A stretch of DNA of 64,000 nucleotides from a virus. The notes beneath the pieces are model-generated. The model was given only the letters and a program-made list of their open reading frames with translations. It ran no database searches and was not told the origin of the DNA. Shown here one piece after another: positions 37,460 to 46,922 of the stretch. The stretch's first letter is position 1. Every line of letters begins with the position of its first letter. The stretch lies in the IMG/VR virus record IMGVR_UViG_2585428088_000002, positions 395 through 64,394 of that record, one strand, 5' to 3'. A program made the translations under genes and the position numbers.

Positions 37460-38749
37460 TTGGCTACGACATTAACTATTAGCGGGCGGCGTAATATAAA
37501 CACGAATACGCAGACGGAATATCAACACGACCTGAAAAGGGTTTGGATTACTGGTGGCGTTGCAGTTCGGGGAACTAGAAATATTAATATGCAGGTATCA
37601 AGCTTCTATGTCTCTGACTTAAAACGCAACTGGCTGTCTGGCGGTTTATCGGTTAAAGGCACCCGTTTTATCAATACTCAAACGCAGACTGCGTATATTC
37701 ATGATCTCAAACGGAGTTGGCTTCCAGGCGGACTTAGAGTCATAGGTACCAGAAATATTAACTCAAGTGCATTGCCGTCATATGTCGCAGATCTATTTCG
37801 CATTAAGAATGTGACTCTGGAACAATTTTCTAGCGTAATGTATTTACTTCGGAGGATTCTGCAACCCCCGGGAATACCGTGGATGCAAACCGATGTGACT
37901 ACTATTGCCTGGTGTTGGAATTTAACGTTGCAAGATGGTGCCGTCATGGGATTTACTAACCATGACAGAGATCTTGTCATCAATAACATAACCTACGAGG
38001 CAAGCAGCGGCTTTGAGCCAACCGCTGTGGATACGACAAATGATATGGCAACCGATAATCTTGACGTAACTGGCATGCTCGACAGCGAACGTATTAAAAC
38101 GACCGATATCTCAAACGGACGTTTTGACTTCGCCGAAGTCGAGATTTTTTTATGTAACTGGGCAAAGGTGACCGATCCTGTGCTGATTTTGAGACGGGGT
38201 ACCATTGGCCGTATTTCGCACGGGAAAAACGGTTTTCAGGCCGAAGTTCGCGGTTTGCTGGAAGCTTTTCAACAAGCAGCGGGATTAGCGTACCAAAAAC
38301 AATGCCGGGCACAGTTTGGCGACAGTCAATGCGGTTTGAATAAAGCAGCCTACACTTTTACAGGTTCGGTAACTTCAATCTCCCAGGATGGTTCTTTTTC
38401 AACCAATCTCACGCAAGAAGATGACTATTTTAGTTATGGCGTAATTCGTTTTGACCGAACCGGTGAAGAAATGGAAGTTAAAAAATATAGCCAAACCGGC
38501 GGCGGTATTTCACTATTCTTGCCGGTCTCAGATATTGCAGTAGGAGACACGTTTTCTGTTTCCGCGGGGTGTGACGGGAATTTTTCTACTTGTAAAACAA
38601 GGTTCAGCAACGTTTTTAATTTTCGGGGAGAGCCATTCATTCCTGGTAATGACTTAATGGCATCCTATCCCGGAAAGCAAGACTCAGCAACTGTTCCGGA
38701 AAGTCAGGCGAATAATCCAGAGAATTTGAGGTGGGGAGGAAGTGGATAG
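37460..38749 (+). CDS. DUF2163 / TIGR02218-type tail hub protein with N-terminal repeat extension
   Basis: VTTIAWCW.L...DG...GFT.HDRDL, G.FD.AEV, C.A.FGD..CG, GCDG..STC..RFSN..NFRGEP.IPG. Confidence 0.88.
   Translation: MATTLTISGRRNINTNTQTEYQHDLKRVWITGGVAVRGTRNINMQVSSFYVSDLKRNWLSGGLSVKGTRFINTQTQTAYIHDLKRSWLPGGLRVIGTRNINSSALPSYVADLFRIKNVTLEQFSSVMYLLRRILQPPGIPWMQTDVTTIAWCWNLTLQDGAVMGFTNHDRDLVINNITYEASSGFEPTAVDTTNDMATDNLDVTGMLDSERIKTTDISNGRFDFAEVEIFLCNWAKVTDPVLILRRGTIGRISHGKNGFQAEVRGLLEAFQQAAGLAYQKQCRAQFGDSQCGLNKAAYTFTGSVTSISQDGSFSTNLTQEDDYFSYGVIRFDRTGEEMEVKKYSQTGGGISLFLPVSDIAVGDTFSVSAGCDGNFSTCKTRFSNVFNFRGEPFIPGNDLMASYPGKQDSATVPESQANNPENLRWGGSG
37484..37801 (+). repeat. Tandem 87-bp (29-aa) repeats, about 3.7 copies
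   Basis: G(T/R)RxIN......Y..DLKR.W..GG.xV units starting at 37484, 37571, 37658, 37745. Confidence 0.85.
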
Positions 38750-38751
38750 AG

Positions 38752-39183
38752 ATGAAACGACAAGACATTGTTATAGAAGCAAAAAAATGGTTGGGGACGA
38801 AATGGCAGCATCAGGCCAGCTTAAAGCAAGTTGCCTGTGATTGTGTCGGCCTAGTGCGCGGTGTATATTGCGAGCTTACAGGGATAGACGTCGATATTGA
38901 TATTGATTATCCCGCTACCTGGCACTTATTCAAAAAAGAAGAACGCCTGTATGCTGAAGCGAAAAGACACATGGTGGAAATCAGAAAGGACGAAGCCAGG
39001 CCGGGAGATGTGCTTGTTTTTGGGTTTTATGATCATCCGGCTAGCCATGTTGGCATATTGACTTCCCCTGATACCTTTATTCATAGCTATCAGGATATTG
39101 GACAAGTCATTGAAACCCGCTTGGACGATGCTTGGAAAAAGCGGCTGCGTTTTGCTTTCTCCTATCCTGGAGTTCTAGGCTGA
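38752..39183 (+). CDS. NlpC/P60 tail-associated peptidase (TIGR02219-like)
   Basis: A..WLGT.W.HQ.S....ACDCVGLVRGV, HVGI...FIHSY. Confidence 0.9.
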   Translation: MKRQDIVIEAKKWLGTKWQHQASLKQVACDCVGLVRGVYCELTGIDVDIDIDYPATWHLFKKEERLYAEAKRHMVEIRKDEARPGDVLVFGFYDHPASHVGILTSPDTFIHSYQDIGQVIETRLDDAWKKRLRFAFSYPGVLG

Positions 39184-41393
39184 TGGCTACCTTGCTTTTA
39201 GCAACCATTCCTGCCAATGCCTTTTGGAGCGCTGCTTTAACAATGCTGGGCGGCTATATTGACAGTAAACTCTTTGGCCCCCACGTTACGCAGGAAGTCG
39301 GCAAAATGAGTGATTTGCAGATGCAGACTGCTTCCTACGGCGCACCAATTCCTCTGATTCTTGGGACCTGCCGCTCGACAGGCAATGTAATATGGTCTAC
39401 CAAATTTGTGGAGCATACAAAAACAGAAAAACAAGGCGGTAAGGGCGGCGGAGGCGGCGTAACAACAACTACGTATTCTTATACTGTCAGTTTTGCTGTG
39501 GGTATTTGCCAGGGGCCAATAACTGCGATCGGACGCGTTTGGGCTGATGGTAAATTGGTTGACTTGGCAAAGTATCAGCATACTGTCTACCTTGGCGGCG
39601 ATACGCAAACTCCAGACAGCTGGATGGAAGCGGTAGAAGGTGCGGGAAATGTTCCTGCCTTCCGTGGGTTAGCTTATATTGTCTTTAAAGATCTTGCCAT
39701 TGGCGATTTCGGCAACCGTATACCGTCATTCAGTTTTGAAGTAACCAGGCAGATCGATAATGTAAAAGCTTTGGTGGAAACAGTCTCGCTTAGTGCGGGA
39801 CTACAATATACCGATGTTGATGCATCAGACCTTGAGGGACTTGCTATAACTGGAATCTCTTCTGCGGGAGACCAGACCCGTAGGAGTATCATTGAACAAC
39901 TGCAGGCCGTATTTCTCTTTGATTCCATTGAGCGTAGCGGCAAGATTGTTTTTAAACGGAGAAATGCAAATACTGCCTATGAAATACCGGATGAATATTT
40001 AGGAGCTTATGAAACATCTCCTCCTAATGAGCCATATAACCTGCAATACAAAGATGAACGTGAGCTGCCGCGCAGACTAACCATTAACTATTTGTCCAAA
40101 GACAAGGACTATCAGCAGGGAACAATGTCAGCCTATAGGCAAATTACGCAGAGTAAAAATGAGCAGACAGTAAGTGTTCAAATGGTTCTGGCAGATACCG
40201 ATGCTAAAGAACTTGCTGAAGTACGGTTGTTTGAAGAGTGGCAGAATAGAAAAACATTGTCCCTGACACTTTCCAATCAATTTGGCTGGTTACTGCCGGG
40301 TGATATAGTAAAAGTTCCAATTCAGGAACAAAAGCAAAATTTCATGATTACCAAAACAACGTATGGAAAGCCTGGGTTAATAAAAATTGAGGCGGTAGCT
40401 ACCACCCAACAAGTATACACCTCTGTTGGCAGAGTGGTGGATTCTGAAACAAATCCCTCGATTCCCCCTGCTCCGGGGAATGTGTCCATATCCTTATTCG
40501 ATTTGCCTCTTCTTCCCGGCGAAACGTCTGCTGAGCGGATGTTCGCAGCTTGCACCTCAGACGGCGCCTTCTATGGCGCTAACCTATTTCGATCCAATGA
40601 TGGCGGCGGAACATGGAGCTATGTTGGGCAAGTGACACAGAATGCTGTTGTTGGGACAACCATAACCGTCCTACCGCCTGGCAACAGTGTTACATGGGAT
40701 GAAGCGTCTACTGTAGACGTTACACTTAGCCATGGGACGTTGGAGAGCCGCCCCGCTGGGGATGTGTTAAATTATTTCAATGCTGCGTTAATTGGTGCGG
40801 AGATTGTGCAGTTTAAGCAGGCTTCTCTAATTGCCGCTAATACCTACCGGTTGTCAGGCTTATTGCGCGGCAGGCTGGGCACGGAACATGAAGTCGGCTG
40901 TCATATTGCCAATGAACCGTTTCTTATGCTCAATTCGCTGCAGTCGATTTCTTTTCCGGCATCAGAGTGGCACATGGACAAACTTTATCGGATAGGACCG
41001 TCTACCTTGCCGATAACTGATGAGAAATATCGAGACTATACGGTTAACCTGAATGGGCTTGGGGCAAGGCCCTATTCGGTTTGCCATGTTAGTGGTTTTA
41101 GAGATGGGACGGGTTCTTTAACAGTTTCATGGGTTCGCCGCGCAAGAATGAATGGCGATTGGAAGCCATACACGGATGTGCCGGTGGGTGAGAATAGTGA
41201 GACGTATCAGGTGGATGTAGTTTCAGCGGATGGGAACATCAAAAGAACCATAACCGTAAACGAGCCTAAAGCCGTGTATTCAGCCAACGAGCAAATCGCC
41301 GATTTTGGCAGTTTACAAGCAGTGGTGCGCGTACGGATTTATCAGATGTCTGAAGTGTATGGCCGGGGAGCCGTAAAGGAGGAGGTTTTATGA
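39183..41393 (+). CDS. Tail tip / host specificity protein (GTA/gpJ-like)
   Basis: ASYG.PIP...G..R..GNVIW, SFAVG.C.GP, RVWADGK, PAFRG.AY.VF..L..FGNR.P, LLRG.LGTE. Confidence 0.88.
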   Translation: MATLLLATIPANAFWSAALTMLGGYIDSKLFGPHVTQEVGKMSDLQMQTASYGAPIPLILGTCRSTGNVIWSTKFVEHTKTEKQGGKGGGGGVTTTTYSYTVSFAVGICQGPITAIGRVWADGKLVDLAKYQHTVYLGGDTQTPDSWMEAVEGAGNVPAFRGLAYIVFKDLAIGDFGNRIPSFSFEVTRQIDNVKALVETVSLSAGLQYTDVDASDLEGLAITGISSAGDQTRRSIIEQLQAVFLFDSIERSGKIVFKRRNANTAYEIPDEYLGAYETSPPNEPYNLQYKDERELPRRLTINYLSKDKDYQQGTMSAYRQITQSKNEQTVSVQMVLADTDAKELAEVRLFEEWQNRKTLSLTLSNQFGWLLPGDIVKVPIQEQKQNFMITKTTYGKPGLIKIEAVATTQQVYTSVGRVVDSETNPSIPPAPGNVSISLFDLPLLPGETSAERMFAACTSDGAFYGANLFRSNDGGGTWSYVGQVTQNAVVGTTITVLPPGNSVTWDEASTVDVTLSHGTLESRPAGDVLNYFNAALIGAEIVQFKQASLIAANTYRLSGLLRGRLGTEHEVGCHIANEPFLMLNSLQSISFPASEWHMDKLYRIGPSTLPITDEKYRDYTVNLNGLGARPYSVCHVSGFRDGTGSLTVSWVRRARMNGDWKPYTDVPVGENSETYQVDVVSADGNIKRTITVNEPKAVYSANEQIADFGSLQAVVRVRIYQMSEVYGRGAVKEEVL

Positions 41394-41728
41394 GTGCAAA
41401 TAACACGCCAAGACTGGGGCTGCCCTATATCATCGCCAGTCAAGCGCAAAAGGAAGTAACCCATAATGATGCGCTGAATCTCATTGATTTACTGGTGCAG
41501 CCGGTGATAAAAGGCAGAACGAATATTCCGCCGACGTCGCCAGCCGAGAGTGATGCATATATTGTGACCACAACCGCCACTGGCGCATGGATAGGGAAAG
41601 AAAATCAAATCGCATGGTTTATCGGCGGCGCTTGGCGCTTTATTGCTCCATTTGAGGGTATGTGGTTTTGGTCGGCTGTTGATGCAAGAGATTATGTTTA
41701 TCATGGTAATGCCTGGATGGCTAAATAG
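41390..41728 (+). CDS. DUF2793 domain protein
   Basis: TPRLGLPYI..SQAQKEVTHN.AL..ID.LVQ, G.W. Confidence 0.88.
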   Translation: MSANNTPRLGLPYIIASQAQKEVTHNDALNLIDLLVQPVIKGRTNIPPTSPAESDAYIVTTTATGAWIGKENQIAWFIGGAWRFIAPFEGMWFWSAVDARDYVYHGNAWMAK

Positions 41729-41798
41729 TGTTTAGTAGGAAGGTTGCTTATTAAATTGATCGGAAAAGTTTTATGTTTGATGTAAAGGAGGATGAGAA

Positions 41799-42230
41799 AT
41801 GATTGAGTACACACAAATAGAGCTGCGCATCATGGCCTTGTTTTCAGCCATAGGCGCAGCTTTTTCCTTTCTTGTCGGCGGTGTGGACAAGCTGGTTACG
41901 GCACTTCTTATTTTTGTTGTGATTGATTATGTGACCGGGCTGATCGCCGCGTGGAAGACGGCAACGCTGGACAGCAAAAAAGGCTTTGAAGGGATAAAGC
42001 GCAAGGTCGTTATGCTGCTGATCGTCATCATGGCCCATTGGATCGATGCCAGCATTTTTGGCATCAGCACCTGCCGGTCCATGGTGATCTTCGCGTATCT
42101 GGGCAATGAAGGCTTGAGCATTATTGAGAACTTGGACCGCATGGGGTATGGCGAGTATATTCCCGCATTTATTCGGGAGAAGCTGGTGCAGCTAAGAAGT
42201 GAAAAGAAGTCTTTCCGAAAAGAACCATAG
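41799..42230 (+). CDS. Phage holin (Phage_holin_4 / toxin-secretion type)
   Basis: Hydrophobic segments; DYVTG..AA...LDS..GF.GI.RK, NEGLSIIEN. Confidence 0.88.
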   Translation: MIEYTQIELRIMALFSAIGAAFSFLVGGVDKLVTALLIFVVIDYVTGLIAAWKTATLDSKKGFEGIKRKVVMLLIVIMAHWIDASIFGISTCRSMVIFAYLGNEGLSIIENLDRMGYGEYIPAFIREKLVQLRSEKKSFRKEP

Positions 42231-42312
42231 CGGCCGATTGATTTTGCTTTCTGCATAAAATGGCGCTAAAAATATGCAGCAAGGGCGTGGGTAATAGAGT
42301 GAACGAAAGGGG

Positions 42313-42906
42313 ATGCTGAATATGAAAGTGGTAATCGACCCTGGCCATGCGGGCCGAAATATTGACCCTGGTGCGGTAAATGGATCAACGGGCCTGCAGG
42401 AGGCGGATGTTGCGCTGGTGATTTCGCGGCAAGTAGCAAACTATCTGCTTAATGTAGGGTATGAGGTGAAACTAACCCGAACCGAATGGGAACAAGAAGA
42501 AACGGATGATCTAAGCTATCGGACAGCACTGGCGAATGACTGGGGCGCCGATATTTTTATTTCTCTTCATTGCAATAGCGCAGCGAACGAGAGCGCTGAA
42601 GGCTATGAGGTCTGGACATCTCCAGGACAGACGGAAGGGGACAGGCTGGCGACGTGCATATACAAGCAAATTGCTGCTGAGTTTCCCGATCGGGCAGGGA
42701 GAACGGATTACTCTGACGGTGATCCCGATAAGGAGTCGCGCTTCTATGTATTGGTCTATACCGACGCTCCTGCCTGCTTGGTGGAAATGGCGTTTATTTC
42801 AAATGATGAGGAAGCGGCCTTGTTGGCAAACGCCGCGTGGTGGGACCGGTATGCGAGGGCAATTGCGCGGGGAGTGACGGATTACACGATGATGCTGGAG
42901 GGATGA
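42313..42906 (+). CDS. N-acetylmuramoyl-L-alanine amidase endolysin (Amidase_3), catalytic domain only
   Basis: IDPGH, E, ANDWGADIFISLHCN, LVEMAFISN. Confidence 0.92.
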   Translation: MLNMKVVIDPGHAGRNIDPGAVNGSTGLQEADVALVISRQVANYLLNVGYEVKLTRTEWEQEETDDLSYRTALANDWGADIFISLHCNSAANESAEGYEVWTSPGQTEGDRLATCIYKQIAAEFPDRAGRTDYSDGDPDKESRFYVLVYTDAPACLVEMAFISNDEEAALLANAAWWDRYARAIARGVTDYTMMLEG

Positions 42907-42909
42907 GGT

Positions 42910-43539
42910 ATGATCCAGGTACTTCAAACTTGGAAAGCTGTCTTTAAGCAAAACAAGTGGCTGATAATGCTCGTTGTTTTCTTCCTATTAATAAGCGCAA
43001 TGCTTTTCTGGCTTTGGCAGCGTTCCCAGCAGGCCGAGGAAAAGTACCGGCAGGCTGTGGTGCTGCAGCAGGAGCAACTAGAGCAGGTTCAGGAGCTTGG
43101 CAAAGCGCTTCATATCTCACAGATGAACGCTAAGGAACTGCAGGCGGCTTATGACGAACTGAAAACTAAGCCGCCTGTTGCCAGTTTTACCGTAAAAGCG
43201 CCTTCTCTGGAGGCTGCGGCTGAGCAGGTTGCGGAGAGGATCAATAAACAGGATGCGACTTTGCCGCCCGCCGCGCTGGAAAAGACCGACCGGACGGCTG
43301 TGGTCAAAAACGATACGGACTATAAAGTGGACGTACTGAAGATTAATCTGGACAAATCTTGGGAACTTTCCGCAGGAGTAGGAAGCCACTGCGGTGATGC
43401 CTATATTCCGCTTGGGGTGCAGCGAAACTATGCTTCGCATAAGGCTGTGGCGGCGGAAGTGCATCTGGTGCCGGAAGAACTAGCGAGGGGAAAAATAAAG
43501 ACCTCCGGTTGGGAGGTCAAGCATGTTTGGCGCTATTAA
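42910..43539 (+). CDS. Membrane-anchored coiled-coil protein with beta-rich C-terminus; candidate spanin
   Basis: TM residues ~17-36, Q/E-rich helix, then alternating beta-strand pattern ending KHVWRY; last gene of lysis cassette. Confidence 0.55.
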   Translation: MIQVLQTWKAVFKQNKWLIMLVVFFLLISAMLFWLWQRSQQAEEKYRQAVVLQQEQLEQVQELGKALHISQMNAKELQAAYDELKTKPPVASFTVKAPSLEAAAEQVAERINKQDATLPPAALEKTDRTAVVKNDTDYKVDVLKINLDKSWELSAGVGSHCGDAYIPLGVQRNYASHKAVAAEVHLVPEELARGKIKTSGWEVKHVWRY

Positions 43540-43574
43540 GGCGGCGGATACTACGCAAAGAAAATCTAAGATAC

Positions 43575-43613
43575 AGGTCGGGCAGATAGCAATTTGTCCG
43601 GCCTATATTTTTT
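43575..43613 (+). terminator. Terminator after lysis cassette
   Basis: AGGTCGGGCAGA...TTTGTCCGGCCT followed by T-rich tract. Confidence 0.5.
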
Positions 43614-43669
43614 AATGTTTTCTGTTTGGATTGACTGATTATTTGACCTGGTAGAAACAGTTGCAATGC

Positions 43670-43722
43670 TTGACTTACAAGGCTTTTAGAGTGATATATG
43701 GTACTACCAAAAAGGAAAGGAG
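43670..43722 (+). promoter_or_regulatory. Repeated promoter-like motif, copy C, upstream of recombinase
   Basis: TTGACTTACAAGGCTTTTAGAGTGATATATGGTACTACC..AAAGGAGG. Confidence 0.6.
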
Positions 43723-43730
43723 GTCGCATT

Positions 43731-45014
43731 ATGCGAGTGAAAATTGTTACACCAAAATCAGAGTTGTTGGAAGTTAAAAAGCTTAAGGTATGTGCGTATG
43801 CCCGTGTATCATCGGATAGCTTGAAACAGGAAGATTCTCTTGAGAACCAGACTTCCACATATGAAAGGCTGATTTCATCCAACCCTGATTATGAGTTCGC
43901 GGGGGTGTATGCGGATCAAGGCATTTCAGGTTATTGTGAGAACCGCCCTGCATTCCAGTCGATGCTTGAAAAAGCAAAGAACCATGAGATAGATTTGATT
44001 ATAACTAAGTCGGTTTCCCGTTTCGCTCGAAACACAGTCACTGTATTAAAGGTGGCAAGAGAACTGAAGGAACTTGGAATCGGGATTTTCTTTGAAGAAC
44101 AGAATATCAATACTTTATCAGGGGACGGTGAGATGATGCTTGCCGTCCTCGCTTCTTTTGCTCAGGAAGAATCTAGAAGCATGAGCGAGAACAATAAATG
44201 GACAATGAAGAAAAAATTTGAGCGTGGTGAAATTATGGTGAATACCACCCGCTTCATGGGATATGACAAAAATGAATTCGGAGAGCTGGTCATAAACCGT
44301 GAACAGGCTAAGATTGTCCGCAGGATTTTTGATATGTATCTCAGTGGAATAGGGATGTTCCGAATTGCAGCTCTATTAAATGATGAGAACGTACCGACTA
44401 TTACAGGCGGGAAGTGGTATGAAGGAACGATCAGAGGAATGCTCAAGAATGAAAAATACAAAGGTGATTGTATTCTTCAAAAGTATTACACCCCCGAAAA
44501 CCGAAGGAATACAAGCGTTAGGAACAACGGTGAAGTCCAGAGTTATTATATTGAAGAAAACCATCCGGCTATTGTCAGCAAGGCAGAATGGGATAAGGTG
44601 CAGCAGATTATGCAAAGACACAAGGAACAGCGGAAAATTGCTGCGGATGGTACGGATAAGTACAAAAACCGCTACCCACTTTCGGGTATTCTCATCTGCC
44701 CTTATTGCGGTAAGGCATTAAGGCGAAAACAGGTATACAACAAGAGAATAGAATGGTGGTGTTCCACATATATTCACGATGGAAAAACTGCCTGCAAGGG
44801 CGTTAAAATATCGGACGAGGAAGCATCAAAACAGAATATCACAGAGCCTACTGTGGTTGAGGAGGTAAAAATAAATGGCGAGAAATATTACAGTTATACC
44901 AGTAAGGAAGAATTCGACAGGGGTATCAGAAATAAACCAAGCGACCGCCCAAATAAAGATGGCGGCATACTGCCGCGTATCCACAGACCAAGAAGAACAG
45001 CTATCAAGCTATGA
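43731..45014 (+). CDS. Large serine recombinase 1
   Basis: CAYARVSS catalytic Ser, YADQGISG, IITKSVSRFARN, recombinase domain, C-terminal CPYCG zinc ribbon. Confidence 0.93.
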   Translation: MRVKIVTPKSELLEVKKLKVCAYARVSSDSLKQEDSLENQTSTYERLISSNPDYEFAGVYADQGISGYCENRPAFQSMLEKAKNHEIDLIITKSVSRFARNTVTVLKVARELKELGIGIFFEEQNINTLSGDGEMMLAVLASFAQEESRSMSENNKWTMKKKFERGEIMVNTTRFMGYDKNEFGELVINREQAKIVRRIFDMYLSGIGMFRIAALLNDENVPTITGGKWYEGTIRGMLKNEKYKGDCILQKYYTPENRRNTSVRNNGEVQSYYIEENHPAIVSKAEWDKVQQIMQRHKEQRKIAADGTDKYKNRYPLSGILICPYCGKALRRKQVYNKRIEWWCSTYIHDGKTACKGVKISDEEASKQNITEPTVVEEVKINGEKYYSYTSKEEFDRGIRNKPSDRPNKDGGILPRIHRPRRTAIKL

Positions 45015-46284
45015 GAATCAGGTGAATTACTACAAATCCTACATTCAGCAAAATCCTATGTACGAGTTTGCTGGCATATATGCAGATGAAGGAATTTCTG
45101 GTACGAATACGAAAAAGCGTGAGGAGTTTAATCGCATGATAGCTGATTGCAGAGCTAGGAAAATTGACCGTATCATCACAAAATCCATCAGCCGCTTTGC
45201 GAGAAATACACTCGATTGCCTGAACTATGTGCGTGAATTAAAGGAGCTTGGCATTGGCGTCATATTTGAAAAAGAAAACATAGATACTCTAGATGCAAAG
45301 GGAGAGGTGCTTCTTACGATATTGAGTTCCTTGGCTCAGGATGAATCAAGGTCGATCTCAGAGAACTCCACATGGGGTATTCGCCGACGATATGAAAGCG
45401 GAAAATTTGGTATGAGCACAAAGCGTTTTCTTGGTTACGACGCCGATGAGAATGGTCAACTAGTGGTAAACCCAGAACAGGCAAAAATCGTGGTAAGACT
45501 TTATGATGAGTATCTTTCGGGTAAAACAGTGGATTATATCAAGCGTACTTTTGAACGGGAGGGTATAAAAAACTGGAACAGAAAAACCGTGTGGCAAGCC
45601 ACGACCCTGCAGAGCATGCTCTGTAACGAAAAGTACAAAGGCGATGCTATTTTGCAAAAAAGCTATACGGTAGATTTTCTAAGCAAGAAACGTGCAAAGA
45701 ACCAAGGGGAAATTCAACAGTTTCATATTGAAGATAACCATGAGGCCATCATAGACCCTTTGATTTGGGAAGCAGTACAGCTTGAACAGGAGCGCAGAAG
45801 AAAATATATTGAAGAACACGGTACAAATTCATATTCTCACAAACCAGAAACAAATCCCTTTGCTGGCAAGATAGTCTGCGGAACTTGTAACCAATCTTAT
45901 GCAAGGAAAGGCTGGAAAACAGGAGATGTATACCGTAAGGTTTGGCAATGCCAGGAACGATACAAAGTCAAAGGCGTATCAGGCTGCACGAATCGCCATA
46001 TTGATGAAGAGGTACTTGAAGAGGCATTTAAGATGGCTTGGAACTTGTTGCTTAAAAATAGAGAGGAGACAAAAAAACGATGGCAGTGTTTTGCTGAATT
46101 TGGCAATCCCTTAGAGCAGTACAGAGCAGTGCAGTTTGCGGATATTACGGAGAATGCCAAGTACATCACGGATTTTGATACGGATTTCATGCTGAATACT
46201 TTGGACCACATCGCCGTTTTTGAAAGCGGGAAACTGGTTGTTGCTTTTATGGACGGGACAGAGATCGAATGTGGCGGCGAATAA
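44875..46284 (+). CDS. Large serine recombinase 2
   Basis: AAYCRVST, YADEGISG, KSISRFARN, CGTC...WQC zinc ribbon; overlaps recombinase 1 by 140 bp. Confidence 0.93.
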   Translation: MARNITVIPVRKNSTGVSEINQATAQIKMAAYCRVSTDQEEQLSSYENQVNYYKSYIQQNPMYEFAGIYADEGISGTNTKKREEFNRMIADCRARKIDRIITKSISRFARNTLDCLNYVRELKELGIGVIFEKENIDTLDAKGEVLLTILSSLAQDESRSISENSTWGIRRRYESGKFGMSTKRFLGYDADENGQLVVNPEQAKIVVRLYDEYLSGKTVDYIKRTFEREGIKNWNRKTVWQATTLQSMLCNEKYKGDAILQKSYTVDFLSKKRAKNQGEIQQFHIEDNHEAIIDPLIWEAVQLEQERRRKYIEEHGTNSYSHKPETNPFAGKIVCGTCNQSYARKGWKTGDVYRKVWQCQERYKVKGVSGCTNRHIDEEVLEEAFKMAWNLLLKNREETKKRWQCFAEFGNPLEQYRAVQFADITENAKYITDFDTDFMLNTLDHIAVFESGKLVVAFMDGTEIECGGE

Positions 46285-46298
46285 ACTAATCATATAAT

Positions 46299-46343
46299 GG
46301 CGGCTGACTTGGAACGAAAACGTTCTGGCAGTCGCCTTTTTTT
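46299..46343 (+). terminator. Intrinsic terminator after recombinases
   Basis: GGCGGCTG..GGAACG-AAAA-CGTTCT..CAGTCGCC-TTTTTTT. Confidence 0.7.
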
Positions 46344-46371
46344 ATGTGCAAATGGATAAAGTGGTCTTATT

Positions 46372-46433
46372 TACAAAATAAGTACAAATGTTTATACAAA
46401 TATGTTTACAAATGTTATGGGCTGTGATATTCT
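46372..46433 (+). promoter_or_regulatory. sigmaA promoter overlapped by four TACAAA direct repeats
   Basis: TACAAA at 46372, 46383, 46395, 46407; TTTACA(46405)-17 bp-TG.TATTCT(46428). Confidence 0.65.
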
Positions 46434-46445
46434 CATGTTGAGGTG

Positions 46446-46847
46446 ATGGAGATGGAAATCAACATTAACAGTTTGGTATCTATTGAAAAAGCAATGAACG
46501 AAGCCGTGGCTGTGTTTAAAACTGTTGATGATGTAGGTAAAGTAATTATTCTTAAAGACAATAAGCCGGCCTACATCATTTTAAAGTATGAAGAAAACAC
46601 TGAAGTACCGGTTAGTGCCCTTGCAGCGAAGACCACACATACGTTACAAGAGGCTATGAAGATTGTATTGTCCGAAGCTACAAATCAAACGCTTCATGCC
46701 TCTGAATTAGCTGATATTATTTACGATAGAAGGCTGTATGTACAGAAAAATGGCGAAAAAGCCAAAGCCAATCAGATGAGAGCACGTTGCGGCCATTATC
46801 CGGAGATGTTCGAGGCATTGCCACGCAACTATATCAGGTTGAAATAG
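46446..46847 (+). CDS. Phd/YefM-like antitoxin domain fused to winged-helix (HARE-HTH-like) domain
   Basis: NINSLVSI...V..V...G.VIILK.NKP.Y; TLQEAM..VL.E....ELA..IY...LY. Confidence 0.6.
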   Translation: MEMEININSLVSIEKAMNEAVAVFKTVDDVGKVIILKDNKPAYIILKYEENTEVPVSALAAKTTHTLQEAMKIVLSEATNQTLHASELADIIYDRRLYVQKNGEKAKANQMRARCGHYPEMFEALPRNYIRLK

Positions 46848-46922
46848 TCCTGGGCTATCACAAGATTAGGGAAAAGAACAATCCAAAATATAGTTTATTA
46901 TTATATCTAAGGAGGACGTAAT

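Noticed and set aside
36230-41728. Possible diversity-generating retroelement acting on tail genes
   Set aside because: No reverse transcriptase ORF and no near-identical TR/VR pair differing at adenines; the 87-bp repeats differ at all base types.
46285-46345. Right prophage boundary directly after the recombinases
   Set aside because: Only a terminator is visible there; the rlmD/rumA-tail remnant at 50182-50220 is a better-supported junction.
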